From Spirochaetia bacterium (GTDB lineage: Bacteria; Spirochaetota; Spirochaetia; WTKD01; G963693115): a DNA stretch of 64,000 bases. This document shows, piece after piece, positions 20,329 through 31,226 of the stretch. The first letter of the stretch is position 1, and every line of letters starts with the position of its first letter. The DNA is taken from contig CBDDCA010000006.1 of the NCBI GenBank assembly GCA_965226055.1, positions 192,001-256,000 on the forward strand. The letters are read 5' to 3'. The translations under genes and the position numbers were made by a program. The notes beneath the pieces were generated by a model. The model ran no database searches. It was not told the DNA's origin and saw nothing but the letters and a program-made list of their open reading frames with translations.

Positions 20329-21291
20329 TTGTACGATATAAAGTATATGCCTAATGTTGTCATAGAAGTACAGCATGATAACAATCATATCTCTCATAGA
20401 CGTGGTTTTTTAGAAATTGCTCATAATCGTACTACTGTAAAAGCAGTTGCTTATGATGAGATTGCTGCTCTTATTATGAGTTCTCATGCATCTACTATTT
20501 CCAATAGGGTATTACAGACATTAGCAGAACAAGGGATTCCTGTTATTATAGCAGGGAAAAATTTTCAACCGCTTTCTATAGCATTACCGCTCATTGGCAA
20601 TCATGATATTAGTACTCGCTTACGATATCAAATACAGGCAAGTGAACCTCTAAAGAAACAGGTATGGGCAAATATTGTACGTCAAAAGATTAAGAATCAG
20701 GCCACTGCACTTGCATACTTACAGAAAGATGAAGTTGCTATAAAACAAATACAAAGGTTAGCAACAAAGGTACTCAGTGGCGATACCACAAATATAGAGG
20801 CACAAGCTGCGAGAAAGTATTTTTCTGTATTATTTGGCAAAGAGTTTAAGCGAGATAGAAACTTGAATGATATTAATGGCATGCTTAATTATGGGTATAT
20901 GGTAATACGCAGTGCCGTAGCACGTGCTATCACAGGCTGTGGATTGCATCCAAGCTTAGGAATACACCATAAATCATGGACTGATACGATGCAGTTAGCA
21001 GATGATTTTATAGAGCCTTTTAGACCTATTATTGATGTATTGGTGGCATTGCTGATAAAAAAACATCATATAAAAGAGGTCACTCCTCAAGTGAAACGGG
21101 TACTATGTGCAAGCATAGATCTCCCAGTACAAGCCCCTCGAGGTGTTACTACAATTACTAAAAGCATACAGTATTTTTTACAATCTTTTGCTACAATACT
21201 GACACATAAAGGGGGTAGCCTTTTTAAGACAACATTTCCTTTACTAAAAGATATACAAAAATATGCCATACAGCAGTATACAGAGAAGTAG
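20329..21291 (+). CDS. cas1: Type II CRISPR integrase Cas1
   Basis: EAQAARKYF, NGMLNYGY, LGIHH, LADDFIEPFRP; AGGAG 8 nt before TTG (alternative ATG at 20347). Confidence 0.96.
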   Translation: MYDIKYMPNVVIEVQHDNNHISHRRGFLEIAHNRTTVKAVAYDEIAALIMSSHASTISNRVLQTLAEQGIPVIIAGKNFQPLSIALPLIGNHDISTRLRYQIQASEPLKKQVWANIVRQKIKNQATALAYLQKDEVAIKQIQRLATKVLSGDTTNIEAQAARKYFSVLFGKEFKRDRNLNDINGMLNYGYMVIRSAVARAITGCGLHPSLGIHHKSWTDTMQLADDFIEPFRPIIDVLVALLIKKHHIKEVTPQVKRVLCASIDLPVQAPRGVTTITKSIQYFLQSFATILTHKGGSLFKTTFPLLKDIQKYAIQQYTEK

Positions 21292-21292
21292 T

Positions 21293-21619
21293 ATGCACAG
21301 CAAATATAAGATTATGTGGATCTATGTAATGTTTGATTTACCAGTTATTACCAAAAAGGAAAAAAAAGAGGCTGCTCAGTTTAAGAATGCCTTACTTGAT
21401 TTAAGTTTTGAAATGGTGCAGTACTCAGTATATACACGCATATGTGGAAGTACAAGAAAAGTAGAAGTCGTGAGTAAGAAAATAGAGCATATATTTCCTC
21501 ATCAGGGGAAAGTAGATATTTTAGCAATAACAGATAAACAACATTCTGATATTATCTGTTTACGAGGAGAGGATAAAGAACCTCTACCACAAAAAAATCA
21601 GCAATTTTTACTATTTTAA
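21293..21619 (+). CDS. cas2: Cas2
   Basis: MWIYVMFDLP, F.MVQYSVY.R, ITDKQ. Confidence 0.95.
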   Translation: MHSKYKIMWIYVMFDLPVITKKEKKEAAQFKNALLDLSFEMVQYSVYTRICGSTRKVEVVSKKIEHIFPHQGKVDILAITDKQHSDIICLRGEDKEPLPQKNQQFLLF

Positions 21620-21644
21620 GTGATTTTGTATTTTTGCTTTCTTT

Positions 21645-21683
21645 AAAAAAAGCCCCAAATTCCTATACAATAAGAATTTGGGG
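21645..21683 (-). terminator. Intrinsic terminator in the leader, facing the minus-strand pre-crRNA
   Basis: ccccaaattc...gaatttgggg stem with A-tract at 21645-21651 (U-tract on minus). Confidence 0.75.
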
Positions 21684-21689
21684 GAAGAT

Positions 21690-24600
21690 ATTATATCATA
21701 TAAAGAATTTCAGCCCATCCACAACTGAATTATCATTTTCAAAAACTGTTTTTAAATTATATCATATAAAGAATTTCAGCCCATCCACAACAGCCAATGA
21801 TTACAGATAATAAAAGAAAAGATTATATCATATAAAGAATTTCAGCCCATCCACAACTAGAAGATACTAGTATTTCTTGTAGAAAATTATTATATCATAT
21901 AAAGAATTTCAGCCCATCCACAACTAAATCAACTCTAAATCATATACTCTATTAATTATATCATATAAAGAATTTCAGCCCATCCACAACAAAAGAAATA
22001 TTAAAAAAAAAACATAAAAAATTATATCATATAAAGAATTTCAGCCCATCCACAACAAAAATTTTACTAAAAGAAGTCATTGTAGGATTATATCATATAA
22101 AGAATTTCAGCCCATCCACAACAACCCATATGAACGGCTAGGAATTATACGCATTATATCATATAAAGAATTTCAGCCCATCCACAACCACTTTGGAGTC
22201 TCACCATCAGACGCACGAATTATATCATATAAAGAATTTCAGCCCATCCACAACAAATATGAAGTTTCATTGCAATACATAGAAATTATATCATATAAAG
22301 AATTTCAGCCCATCCACAACTGGCGACGATTACTTAGATGAAAAAGTCTATTATATCATATAAAGAATTTCAGCCCATCCACAACAATGATGGATTATAA
22401 ATATAGCATTGAAATTATATCATATAAAGAATTTCAGCCCATCCACAACCCCGAGAGTGTTCTTGTTAATAGCACGATGATTATATCATATAAAGAATTT
22501 CAGCCCATCCACAACAAAAAGCTAGTTCTTTTATTTCAGCGTTCGATTATATCATATAAAGAATTTCAGCCCATCCACAACATGGTTTCGAGCCTATAAC
22601 ATGATATACAAATTATATCATATAAAGAATTTCAGCCCATCCACAACACTTGCAGCAACGCAACGCGAAGTTAGACGATTATATCATATAAAGAATTTCA
22701 GCCCATCCACAACGATACGAAGATCAGACATACGAGGATGCACATTATATCATATAAAGAATTTCAGCCCATCCACAACTAACTAGTCCAGATCAAGTTA
22801 ATTTATCTAATTATATCATATAAAGAATTTCAGCCCATCCACAACTATAATGTGCATGGCATCGATCATGCCAGAATTATATCATATAAAGAATTTCAGC
22901 CCATCCACAACTGCCTCAAGTAGCAAACCCCGAAGGAGTGTATTATATCATATAAAGAATTTCAGCCCATCCACAACGAAGTAATCTTTATGCCAGTTAC
23001 GACGGAGATTATATCATATAAAGAATTTCAGCCCATCCACAACGTATAAAAGCAGCATTTAATAATCAATTTAATTATATCATATAAAGAATTTCAGCCC
23101 ATCCACAACTATAAGGCTAGTTGGTGACAGATTTAGGATATTATATCATATAAAGAATTTCAGCCCATCCACAACTACCAGGTATAGAAGGAAAATAATA
23201 TGGTCATTATATCATATAAAGAATTTCAGCCCATCCACAACAAAAGGCACAAGTGCCACAGTACTGAGCGAATTATATCATATAAAGAATTTCAGCCCAT
23301 CCACAACAAGAAAGCGTTCATTGTGTACTCTTCCGATATTATATCATATAAAGAATTTCAGCCCATCCACAACTATTCCCATTTATCGCCTTTTTTTACA
23401 ATCATTATATCATATAAAGAATTTCAGCCCATCCACAACTAAAAACGCGGGAGTTAACCCGTTAATGTTATTATATCATATAAAGAATTTCAGCCCATCC
23501 ACAACCTCCCGGCTTATGGCATACCACAATTATAATTATATCATATAAAGAATTTCAGCCCATCCACAACGACAGCAACAACAGACCGCCTACCTGTGAA
23601 TTATATCATATAAAGAATTTCAGCCCATCCACAACGTGCTTGACACATCAGATGAAGTGGAAGTAATTATATCATATAAAGAATTTCAGCCCATCCACAA
23701 CGTCAGCCGACAGCAATTACATCGGTAAATAATTATATCATATAAAGAATTTCAGCCCATCCACAACATATTTGATCAGTGGACACAATTTATTACAATT
23801 ATATCATATAAAGAATTTCAGCCCATCCACAACAAGGATAGACACATGTACGAAATGGAGCAAATTATATCATATAAAGAATTTCAGCCCATCCACAACT
23901 AGTAAGAACTCAGCCACTCGTAAAGCCAGATTATATCATATAAAGAATTTCAGCCCATCCACAACGAAAAAGTGCCAACTGATAAAGCATTAGATATTAT
24001 ATCATATAAAGAATTTCAGCCCATCCACAACGATCGCGGTTGGCTTAGAAAAACTAAAGAAATTATATCATATAAAGAATTTCAGCCCATCCACAACATA
24101 ACGAAAAGTTAGTTACAAAGAGATACGATTATATCATATAAAGAATTTCAGCCCATCCACAACAGAGTATATCGATTGCGATCATTCGGATCTATTATAT
24201 CATATAAAGAATTTCAGCCCATCCACAACTACAAAAGCAGATATTCAAGCGAGAAGACAATTATATCATATAAAGAATTTCAGCCCATCCACAACTGCGA
24301 TAGGGGAAGACCATACATCGTACGTATTATATCATATAAAGAATTTCAGCCCATCCACAACCATGATGGCAGGGGCTTTTGGCTTTGAGGGATTATATCA
24401 TATAAAGAATTTCAGCCCATCCACAACTACAAGATAGGCTAACGCTTTCTCTGTTTTATTATATCATATAAAGAATTTCAGCCCATCCACAACACAGGAG
24501 TTATTAAAGAGGCAGATCGCATTATTATATCATATAAAGAATTTCAGCCCATCCACAACAATTTTTGGCATATGGCGCGCACATTCAACATTATATCATA

Positions 24601-26735
24601 TAAAGAATTTCAGCCCATCCACAACACGTTATATCGAATACCTCAATGCCTCTTTATTATATCATATAAAGAATTTCAGCCCATCCACAACAACATTCCA
24701 ACCGCAGACAAACGAGCAGTAATTATATCATATAAAGAATTTCAGCCCATCCACAACTGGATAGCTGAAGTCCATATATGATATACTATTATATCATATA
24801 AAGAATTTCAGCCCATCCACAACATGTGGTTTCAGGGTAAGAAAATCAATCCAATTATATCATATAAAGAATTTCAGCCCATCCACAACACAACATGCAA
24901 AATTTGTACAAGCCCTAGCATTATATCATATAAAGAATTTCAGCCCATCCACAACATCTGAACAGCCAGTTATGAAGTCAGAACTATTATATCATATAAA
25001 GAATTTCAGCCCATCCACAACATTTTTGAGCAGTGGACGCAATTCATTACAATTATATCATATAAAGAATTTCAGCCCATCCACAACTATAGTTTGCAAC
25101 GGAAAGCAAGTACTAGAATTATATCATATAAAGAATTTCAGCCCATCCACAACCGTATCGGTATCTCTGTAGAAGTCATTAAAATTATATCATATAAAGA
25201 ATTTCAGCCCATCCACAACTAACATTGATTACGCACAGAAAAATTACATATTATATCATATAAAGAATTTCAGCCCATCCACAACAAGCTGTCCAATTTC
25301 TTCGTCAAACATGCCATTATATCATATAAAGAATTTCAGCCCATCCACAACCAAATTCTGAAGATTCTACAGGACTTCAGAATTATATCATATAAAGAAT
25401 TTCAGCCCATCCACAACCTAAGTTCATTATTTTTTATTGAATCATTTATTATATCATATAAAGAATTTCAGCCCATCCACAACAACTCATAGGAGAGGGC
25501 GATAATATTACAGATTATATCATATAAAGAATTTCAGCCCATCCACAACATTGGGACAAACCCATACCAGATATAAATATTATATCATATAAAGAATTTC
25601 AGCCCATCCACAACAAAGACATATTGTGGAATTATTTCGGCTTGATTATATCATATAAAGAATTTCAGCCCATCCACAACATGCCACAGGTGGCAAACCC
25701 TGAAGGAGTTATTATATCATATAAAGAATTTCAGCCCATCCACAACATTTTTTGTTTCGATATTATAGCTCCGTAAATTATATCATATAAAGAATTTCAG
25801 CCCATCCACAACCTGCTTACGGAGTACCAAAGTTATAGGAGTATTATATCATATAAAGAATTTCAGCCCATCCACAACCGCCTAATGTTTTCCCATATTT
25901 TATGGGTTATTATATCATATAAAGAATTTCAGCCCATCCACAACATTAAAAGTTATTTTATTATCTTGTATAGTATTATATCATATAAAGAATTTCAGCC
26001 CATCCACAACATAGTCCATGTAGGCAACAAAGTCAGAGCAATTATATCATATAAAGAATTTCAGCCCATCCACAACAGAGGCAATGGCAGACATATAAAA
26101 AGAGAATTATATCATATAAAGAATTTCAGCCCATCCACAACTAATATTTATTATTTTATTAAAGTCAGTGAATTATATCATATAAAGAATTTCAGCCCAT
26201 CCACAACATCACATGCAAAGTTTGTCCAAGCCCTCGCATTATATCATATAAAGAATTTCAGCCCATCCACAACTGGTTGGTTTCGCAAAACCAAGGAAGA
26301 TTAATTATATCATATAAAGAATTTCAGCCCATCCACAACAGGTATGCTTATACCTGTTGGAATCTGGGAATTATATCATATAAAGAATTTCAGCCCATCC
26401 ACAACTATAATCTTATTTATCATTGGAGCAATCCGATTATATCATATAAAGAATTTCAGCCCATCCACAACCAGCTTTCATACACACATACTTTGTACCT
26501 TATTATATCATATAAAGAATTTCAGCCCATCCACAACTAATACTAAACTTATTTGCTGCAAAGTCGTATTATATCATATAAAGAATTTCAGCCCATCCAC
26601 AACTACCATGTAATAGGTGTCGATTTTGCAGAAATTATATCATATAAAGAATTTCAGCCCATCCATAACTTAATGACTGCCAGAAATGACGAGATCGCAA
26701 TTATATCATATAAAGAATTTCAATCTATCCACAAC
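21690..26735 (-). CRISPR. Type II-C CRISPR array, 77 repeats / 76 spacers (28-31 bp, mostly 30)
   Basis: 36-bp repeat GTTGTGGATGGGCTGAAATTCTTTATATGATATAAT on minus; last two repeats next to cas9 are degenerate; strand inferred from tracr complementarity, embedded TGnTATAAT and the leader terminator. Confidence 0.98.
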
Positions 26736-26740
26736 GACAA

Positions 26741-29700
26741 TTACTTTTTTGCAAAGGAAATTATGCCAGTAGGACTCATATGTACTTTTTGTAATTTATA
26801 CCCCTGTAATTTAGCGAGAGAAGTATATCGTTCCCTTACTCTTACTTTTTGATCATCTTTTTTTTCTTCTTTTATTTCTTTTGCACGTGCAGCATCATTG
26901 GCTTCATGCAACTCTGCAAGATCCAGATCTATACTCCCTGACATCTTACACACTCGATATAGCTTTCCTTCGGGAGCATGAGGAGGGTAGAGCATGACAG
27001 TATCATTATTGTGTAAGCGCATAAGCATTTTTTGAGTAGGGTATTTCTTTTTCCACTGAGGCACATAGTTTTTTTTATTTGCATGATATCTCGTTATCAT
27101 TTCTCCTTGCCATTTTCCTTCTTCATCTTCGTATATTTCATATGCCCAGTTTCCTGCTGAAATATACCCTTTATATGCTTTTCCTTGTTTGTCTTTTTGA
27201 ATGCCTATTACTGTCTCTTTTGTAATGATTTTTACTTTTCTTATCCCAGTTTCTTGAAAGCATTGCTCTAGGGCTTCTTTTATATTTCCATTATGCCTAT
27301 TACAATAATCTTGTAGCAATTTTCTTGTTTTAGGGCTTGCTATTTTCTTAATCATTGGTACAGTTAAATCCAAAATATTCTTGTGAATTCCCACATACCG
27401 AGCTTTCTTTGTATCCTGTGTACTCGTATCAGATCCTGGTACGCGGAAGCTATAGGCTTGCTCCTCAAGTAACTGCCCTGTCTTTCCTCTGTCACTTTTA
27501 TGTGATACTATTATTTTCTGCATACTCCGTTCAACATCTTCACGAAATCCTTCCCATGGAGCAGGAATAGCCTCTCTATGCTTTTGACTAAACAAATGTA
27601 TATCTGCATATTCTGCAGCACTTGCCCATTGCGATACTTTATTCAGTATTCCTCTCTCAATACATCCTACCACAACAGCATCCACTGCATGATGTCTATG
27701 ATCGTCTCTATTCTTTTTGCCATCATCCCCTAGCACTTTATTTAGTCCCCACATATGTCGTAACCAAGCACTGAGTTTTCCTGGTGAAACCCATATATCC
27801 ACAGGATGAGATTTTTCTTTCAAGCTCTCAAGATAATATTGAGCTACCTTTGCAAAATACTGAGATGAATGTAATTGATGTGCTAAAAATCCTTCTTCTT
27901 GTTCAAAACGTTTCATAGCATCACTTTTAAAACGCCAGCTTTTATTAGAAGGAAGCAGATTTGCATTGTTGTCTATGCTTTTCCATTTGTTAGTAGTTCC
28001 CCATGCTTCATGGGGAGTTTTGTTCATCTTTTCCTTATTTGCTCCTGATTTACAGAGTACTTTATTAGCAAAGCTATTATCAAGGGTACGAGAAAAAGGC
28101 AAAATATGATCGATATGCGTAGCATGAGAAAATACATCATCTTTTGTTATCTTCTCATTTGAATAAGGGCAACGTCTATCATTAGGATTATCTGATAATT
28201 CTTTCCATAATCTATATTTTTCTCTATCACTACGAGAAGGAGATACTATGCCATAGTCATCTTCTAATTCTTTGTTTATTTTTTCATTTTTCGCTTGGTT
28301 ATCTCTTAGTTTTTTATCATAATCACTTTTGGTTTGTTTTCCCATAGAAAAATCACGCAATAATTCTAGCACTATTTGTTGGGGCTTGTCATATCTGCGT
28401 ATAAGCTCATTTACTACTTTTTGTAGCTGATTAAGTCCTACATGTACGGTTGGATTTGTTATCTTACCATATTGAGCTTCCTGTCTTTTTCGTCCTTTTA
28501 TTTTCTCATCAATGTCTTTTGCTTCTTTCTTGCCTATGCAGTATCGAGAGAGTATTTCCCCATAGTATGGCAACACACTATATCCCTTAGCACGTGTTCC
28601 TCGATGATCTCCGTAGCCAGCTTGCTTTACTGCCTCATCATAGGTGATAATATCTTTTTGTAGACACGCTACTATCTTGGTGAGTGCTGTCTTTGATAAG
28701 TTACAGTACCCTTTTGGCAACTTCACAATCTTAGATATGCATTCATCTGCTGTTTCTTTGTCAAGATTCCACTCACTAACACACAATACTTCTCGTAATT
28801 TTTCATCCGAATTTTCAGTATCTAAAAGGAGTGCTATAAAATTATTTTTTCTCTCCATATCCCAGTCTTGCCATATTTTTTTCCCTATAATTTTTGATAC
28901 CACTGCAGTAGTTCCATTATGCTTAAAATTTTTAGTGTCTACTCGTTCAAAATTGATAGATACTGTCCCTTCTAAATGATACTCTTTCTTTATATAGGTA
29001 GAAACATCCTTTGGCTTAGCACTGCTTGATTTATTCTCCAGATAGTTTTTTAGCTTATCTCGTAATAGTATATCTACAGGAAACTCTTCTCTATTATGAA
29101 ATATGCGTATATTGTGTATATCTTGTAGTATTCTAAATTCTTGTGCAATAGGCATTGCCCATGCACAACGATGCTCATCTTCAAAAATACACAGGCCTGG
29201 TGTTTGAGGCTTTAGTTTACGCTGATAAAATATTACCTCTTTTATTTTCTCGTATGCTTCATTGGAGAACAACTGGTGGGTATGAGATAGCTCCTTTTGT
29301 TGCTTCCATATCGTATCAAATTCTTTCTCATACATCTCACGTGAAAAATACAGCTCATAGTCAGTTTTTCCGGGAGTTAGCGATTTTGCCCTCACTGCCT
29401 TTTTCTGCTTAAAGCGACTGTAGAGATATTCCCCTAATGTTCGCATATTATTTTTATGCAGCTCTTTTTCTAACTCTTTTATGACAGGCTTGATTTTCCC
29501 TGTTTCATCATCTCCATCAGATAGTCTATTACTCTTAAAGCCTCTCCGCTGATTTATATGAAATATCGCTCGCCCAAATTCATGTGCAGAAATAGCTTCA
29601 TCCAATGCCTTTGCTCGTAGCTCATAGGGGTTTTTCTGCTGTAGTGCAAGACGCTCCTCCTTATCTGCAGGGAAAAACCCAAAATGAGTGAGCTGAGAGA

Positions 29701-29920
29701 GAATATGCTCCCGTCTTTGTAAGTATCTGTCTCTCCGTCTTCTTGCTGAACGGGCAGTTTGCCGTTCCTGATTGAGTGGTGCATAGGTCTTATCTGCTCT
29801 GCTATTTGAAAAAATACGCACTCCTGTGCCTTTTAGAGCAACTGGCGATCCTTCTTGTACTTCAAGGACTGCCCATCCTATCGAATTAGTGCCTAGATCA
29901 AAACTAAAACGAATACTCAT
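26741..29920 (-). CDS. cas9: Compact type II-C Cas9 (about 1059 aa from ATG 29920)
   Basis: RuvC-I FDLGTNSIGW, bridge helix RRRRDR, RRGFKSNR, NPTV, HNH IDHILP..NKVL, RuvC-III HHAVDA; GGAGGT RBS. Confidence 0.97.
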   Translation of the reverse strand: MSIRFSFDLGTNSIGWAVLEVQEGSPVALKGTGVRIFSNSRADKTYAPLNQERQTARSARRRRDRYLQRREHILSQLTHFGFFPADKEERLALQQKNPYELRAKALDEAISAHEFGRAIFHINQRRGFKSNRLSDGDDETGKIKPVIKELEKELHKNNMRTLGEYLYSRFKQKKAVRAKSLTPGKTDYELYFSREMYEKEFDTIWKQQKELSHTHQLFSNEAYEKIKEVIFYQRKLKPQTPGLCIFEDEHRCAWAMPIAQEFRILQDIHNIRIFHNREEFPVDILLRDKLKNYLENKSSSAKPKDVSTYIKKEYHLEGTVSINFERVDTKNFKHNGTTAVVSKIIGKKIWQDWDMERKNNFIALLLDTENSDEKLREVLCVSEWNLDKETADECISKIVKLPKGYCNLSKTALTKIVACLQKDIITYDEAVKQAGYGDHRGTRAKGYSVLPYYGEILSRYCIGKKEAKDIDEKIKGRKRQEAQYGKITNPTVHVGLNQLQKVVNELIRRYDKPQQIVLELLRDFSMGKQTKSDYDKKLRDNQAKNEKINKELEDDYGIVSPSRSDREKYRLWKELSDNPNDRRCPYSNEKITKDDVFSHATHIDHILPFSRTLDNSFANKVLCKSGANKEKMNKTPHEAWGTTNKWKSIDNNANLLPSNKSWRFKSDAMKRFEQEEGFLAHQLHSSQYFAKVAQYYLESLKEKSHPVDIWVSPGKLSAWLRHMWGLNKVLGDDGKKNRDDHRHHAVDAVVVGCIERGILNKVSQWASAAEYADIHLFSQKHREAIPAPWEGFREDVERSMQKIIVSHKSDRGKTGQLLEEQAYSFRVPGSDTSTQDTKKARYVGIHKNILDLTVPMIKKIASPKTRKLLQDYCNRHNGNIKEALEQCFQETGIRKVKIITKETVIGIQKDKQGKAYKGYISAGNWAYEIYEDEEGKWQGEMITRYHANKKNYVPQWKKKYPTQKMLMRLHNNDTVMLYPPHAPEGKLYRVCKMSGSIDLDLAELHEANDAARAKEIKEEKKDDQKVRVRERYTSLAKLQGYKLQKVHMSPTGIISFAKK

Positions 29921-29937
29921 AAATACCTCCAATGGAC

Positions 29938-29966
29938 TTGACATATATGTATATATCCTATATTAT
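29938..29966 (+). promoter_or_regulatory. Putative tracrRNA sigma70 promoter
   Basis: TTGACA-N17-TATTAT. Confidence 0.65.
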
Positions 29967-29987
29967 TTAAGTATAGGATTTAATTCT

Positions 29988-30082
29988 ATTATATCATATA
30001 AAGGATTTCAGCAAAAAATCCATTAACAAGTGCCTTCGGGTGCACTAATCAGCCCATCACTTCGGTGATGGGTTTTGTTTTT
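29988..30082 (+). ncRNA. tracrRNA
   Basis: Anti-repeat attatatcatataaaggatttcagc (24/25) plus atccattaac; hairpins agtgccttcgggtgcact and cccatcacttcggtgatggg followed by a T-tract. Confidence 0.92.
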
Positions 30083-31054
30083 CTAAGAGGAAGTGTTGTT
30101 TTTCATCTTTGCGATATGCTTTTGCATCTTTTCCTTTGAGAAGATCTCATCATATACAGAATGATAAATTTTTCCATTTTTATATGCATTTGATACATCT
30201 CCTATAAAAGAACTAAAGTCTTCATTCTTTAAACATAACTTATTCATTGTTTCCCAATCAAGACGATCCTTATTTCTTGCAGGAAACAATACTCTCGAAG
30301 CATCAATGTCTTCTATGCTAAGCTCTATTATGCCTATGCCAAAAAAATTACTTAAGCGTGATAATTCTCCATGCACATCTTCATCTTTTTTTATATTAGA
30401 GGCCACTAGATAGCCCTCATGAGCCCACGATGAATTAGAGAGAGCTTGAAAAAAACTTTCCCTATAATTACTTCTATCTATCTTTATTTTTAATTCAAAA
30501 GAGAATAACTGAAGAGCATTCATATCAGATAATGTATTAAACTCAAGTATAGTCTTATCCCAATATTCCAAAGGTAAATAAAAACCTACTATATCGGGGT
30601 GTAACCATTCACCTGGATCATTCTTTTTCGATTTCTCATGGAATATTGTTTTCGTATATACCTTTTTTCTTCTGTTAAATTTTTTATTGTTATAGACGAA
30701 ATAAGATAATAATGGGTGCAAATCACGTTCTGAATATGATGAAACACTACTACTCTCTTGCTTAGGAGTGGTATCTACACTGTTTATAGGCAATTCTTCA
30801 TCTGCGAATTTAAGCTCATGTTTCCTTGATTTTAGAAAAAATTTCTGAGGATTTTTTCCTATTGAAAAAAATTTTGAAGATGAAATCTTTACATTTGTAT
30901 ATAAATGTGCCCCTAACGTCGCATAAGGAGTTTTTCCTTCACTTGTAAGCTCCTTGTTTAATCCTAAATCTACTCCTTTGTCCCAAATTTCTTGACTACT
31001 CAGAGGAGCATTAGCTCCCTTCAGTACCTCTTCTGCAAAATCTAAATATGTCAT
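30083..31054 (-). CDS. HrgA/COG2958-like protein (N-terminal HARE-type HTH plus restriction-endonuclease-like domain)
   Basis: GKTPYATLGA.LY; ERDLHPLL; WLHPDIVG; SFELK; FFQA.SNSSWAHEGYLVA. Confidence 0.8.
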   Translation of the reverse strand: MTYLDFAEEVLKGANAPLSSQEIWDKGVDLGLNKELTSEGKTPYATLGAHLYTNVKISSSKFFSIGKNPQKFFLKSRKHELKFADEELPINSVDTTPKQESSSVSSYSERDLHPLLSYFVYNNKKFNRRKKVYTKTIFHEKSKKNDPGEWLHPDIVGFYLPLEYWDKTILEFNTLSDMNALQLFSFELKIKIDRSNYRESFFQALSNSSWAHEGYLVASNIKKDEDVHGELSRLSNFFGIGIIELSIEDIDASRVLFPARNKDRLDWETMNKLCLKNEDFSSFIGDVSNAYKNGKIYHSVYDEIFSKEKMQKHIAKMKNNTSS

Positions 31055-31124
31055 TTATATACCACCTGTAGTAACAGTATACTATATCTTTTAGAATAGC
31101 GTTACTCTCAAGCTATTTTTACGT

Positions 31125-31226
31125 GTTACATAGCATGTTCCATGTACCTTGTGCTATAAGACTATCCCCACCTCAAAAGCAACAGCCCCTGTTACATAGC
31201 ATGTTCCATGTACCTTGTGCTATAAG
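31125..31226 (+). repeat. 36-bp direct duplication flanking a 30-bp insert (66-bp period)
   Basis: gttacatagcatgttccatgtaccttgtgctataag at 31125-31160 and 31191-31226. Confidence 0.92.

Noticed and set aside
20255-20345. Possible fourth repeat between the hydrolase and cas1
   Set aside because: Only fragmentary similarity (ttctttct; gatataa); no alignable 36-mer.
21726-21755. First spacer resembling pentapeptide-gene sequence (self-targeting)
   Set aside because: No exact or near-exact match found by eye in the window.
22387-26852. ORFs with repeated IISYKEFQPIHN / LYHIKNFSPSTT
   Set aside because: Translations of CRISPR repeats, not genes.
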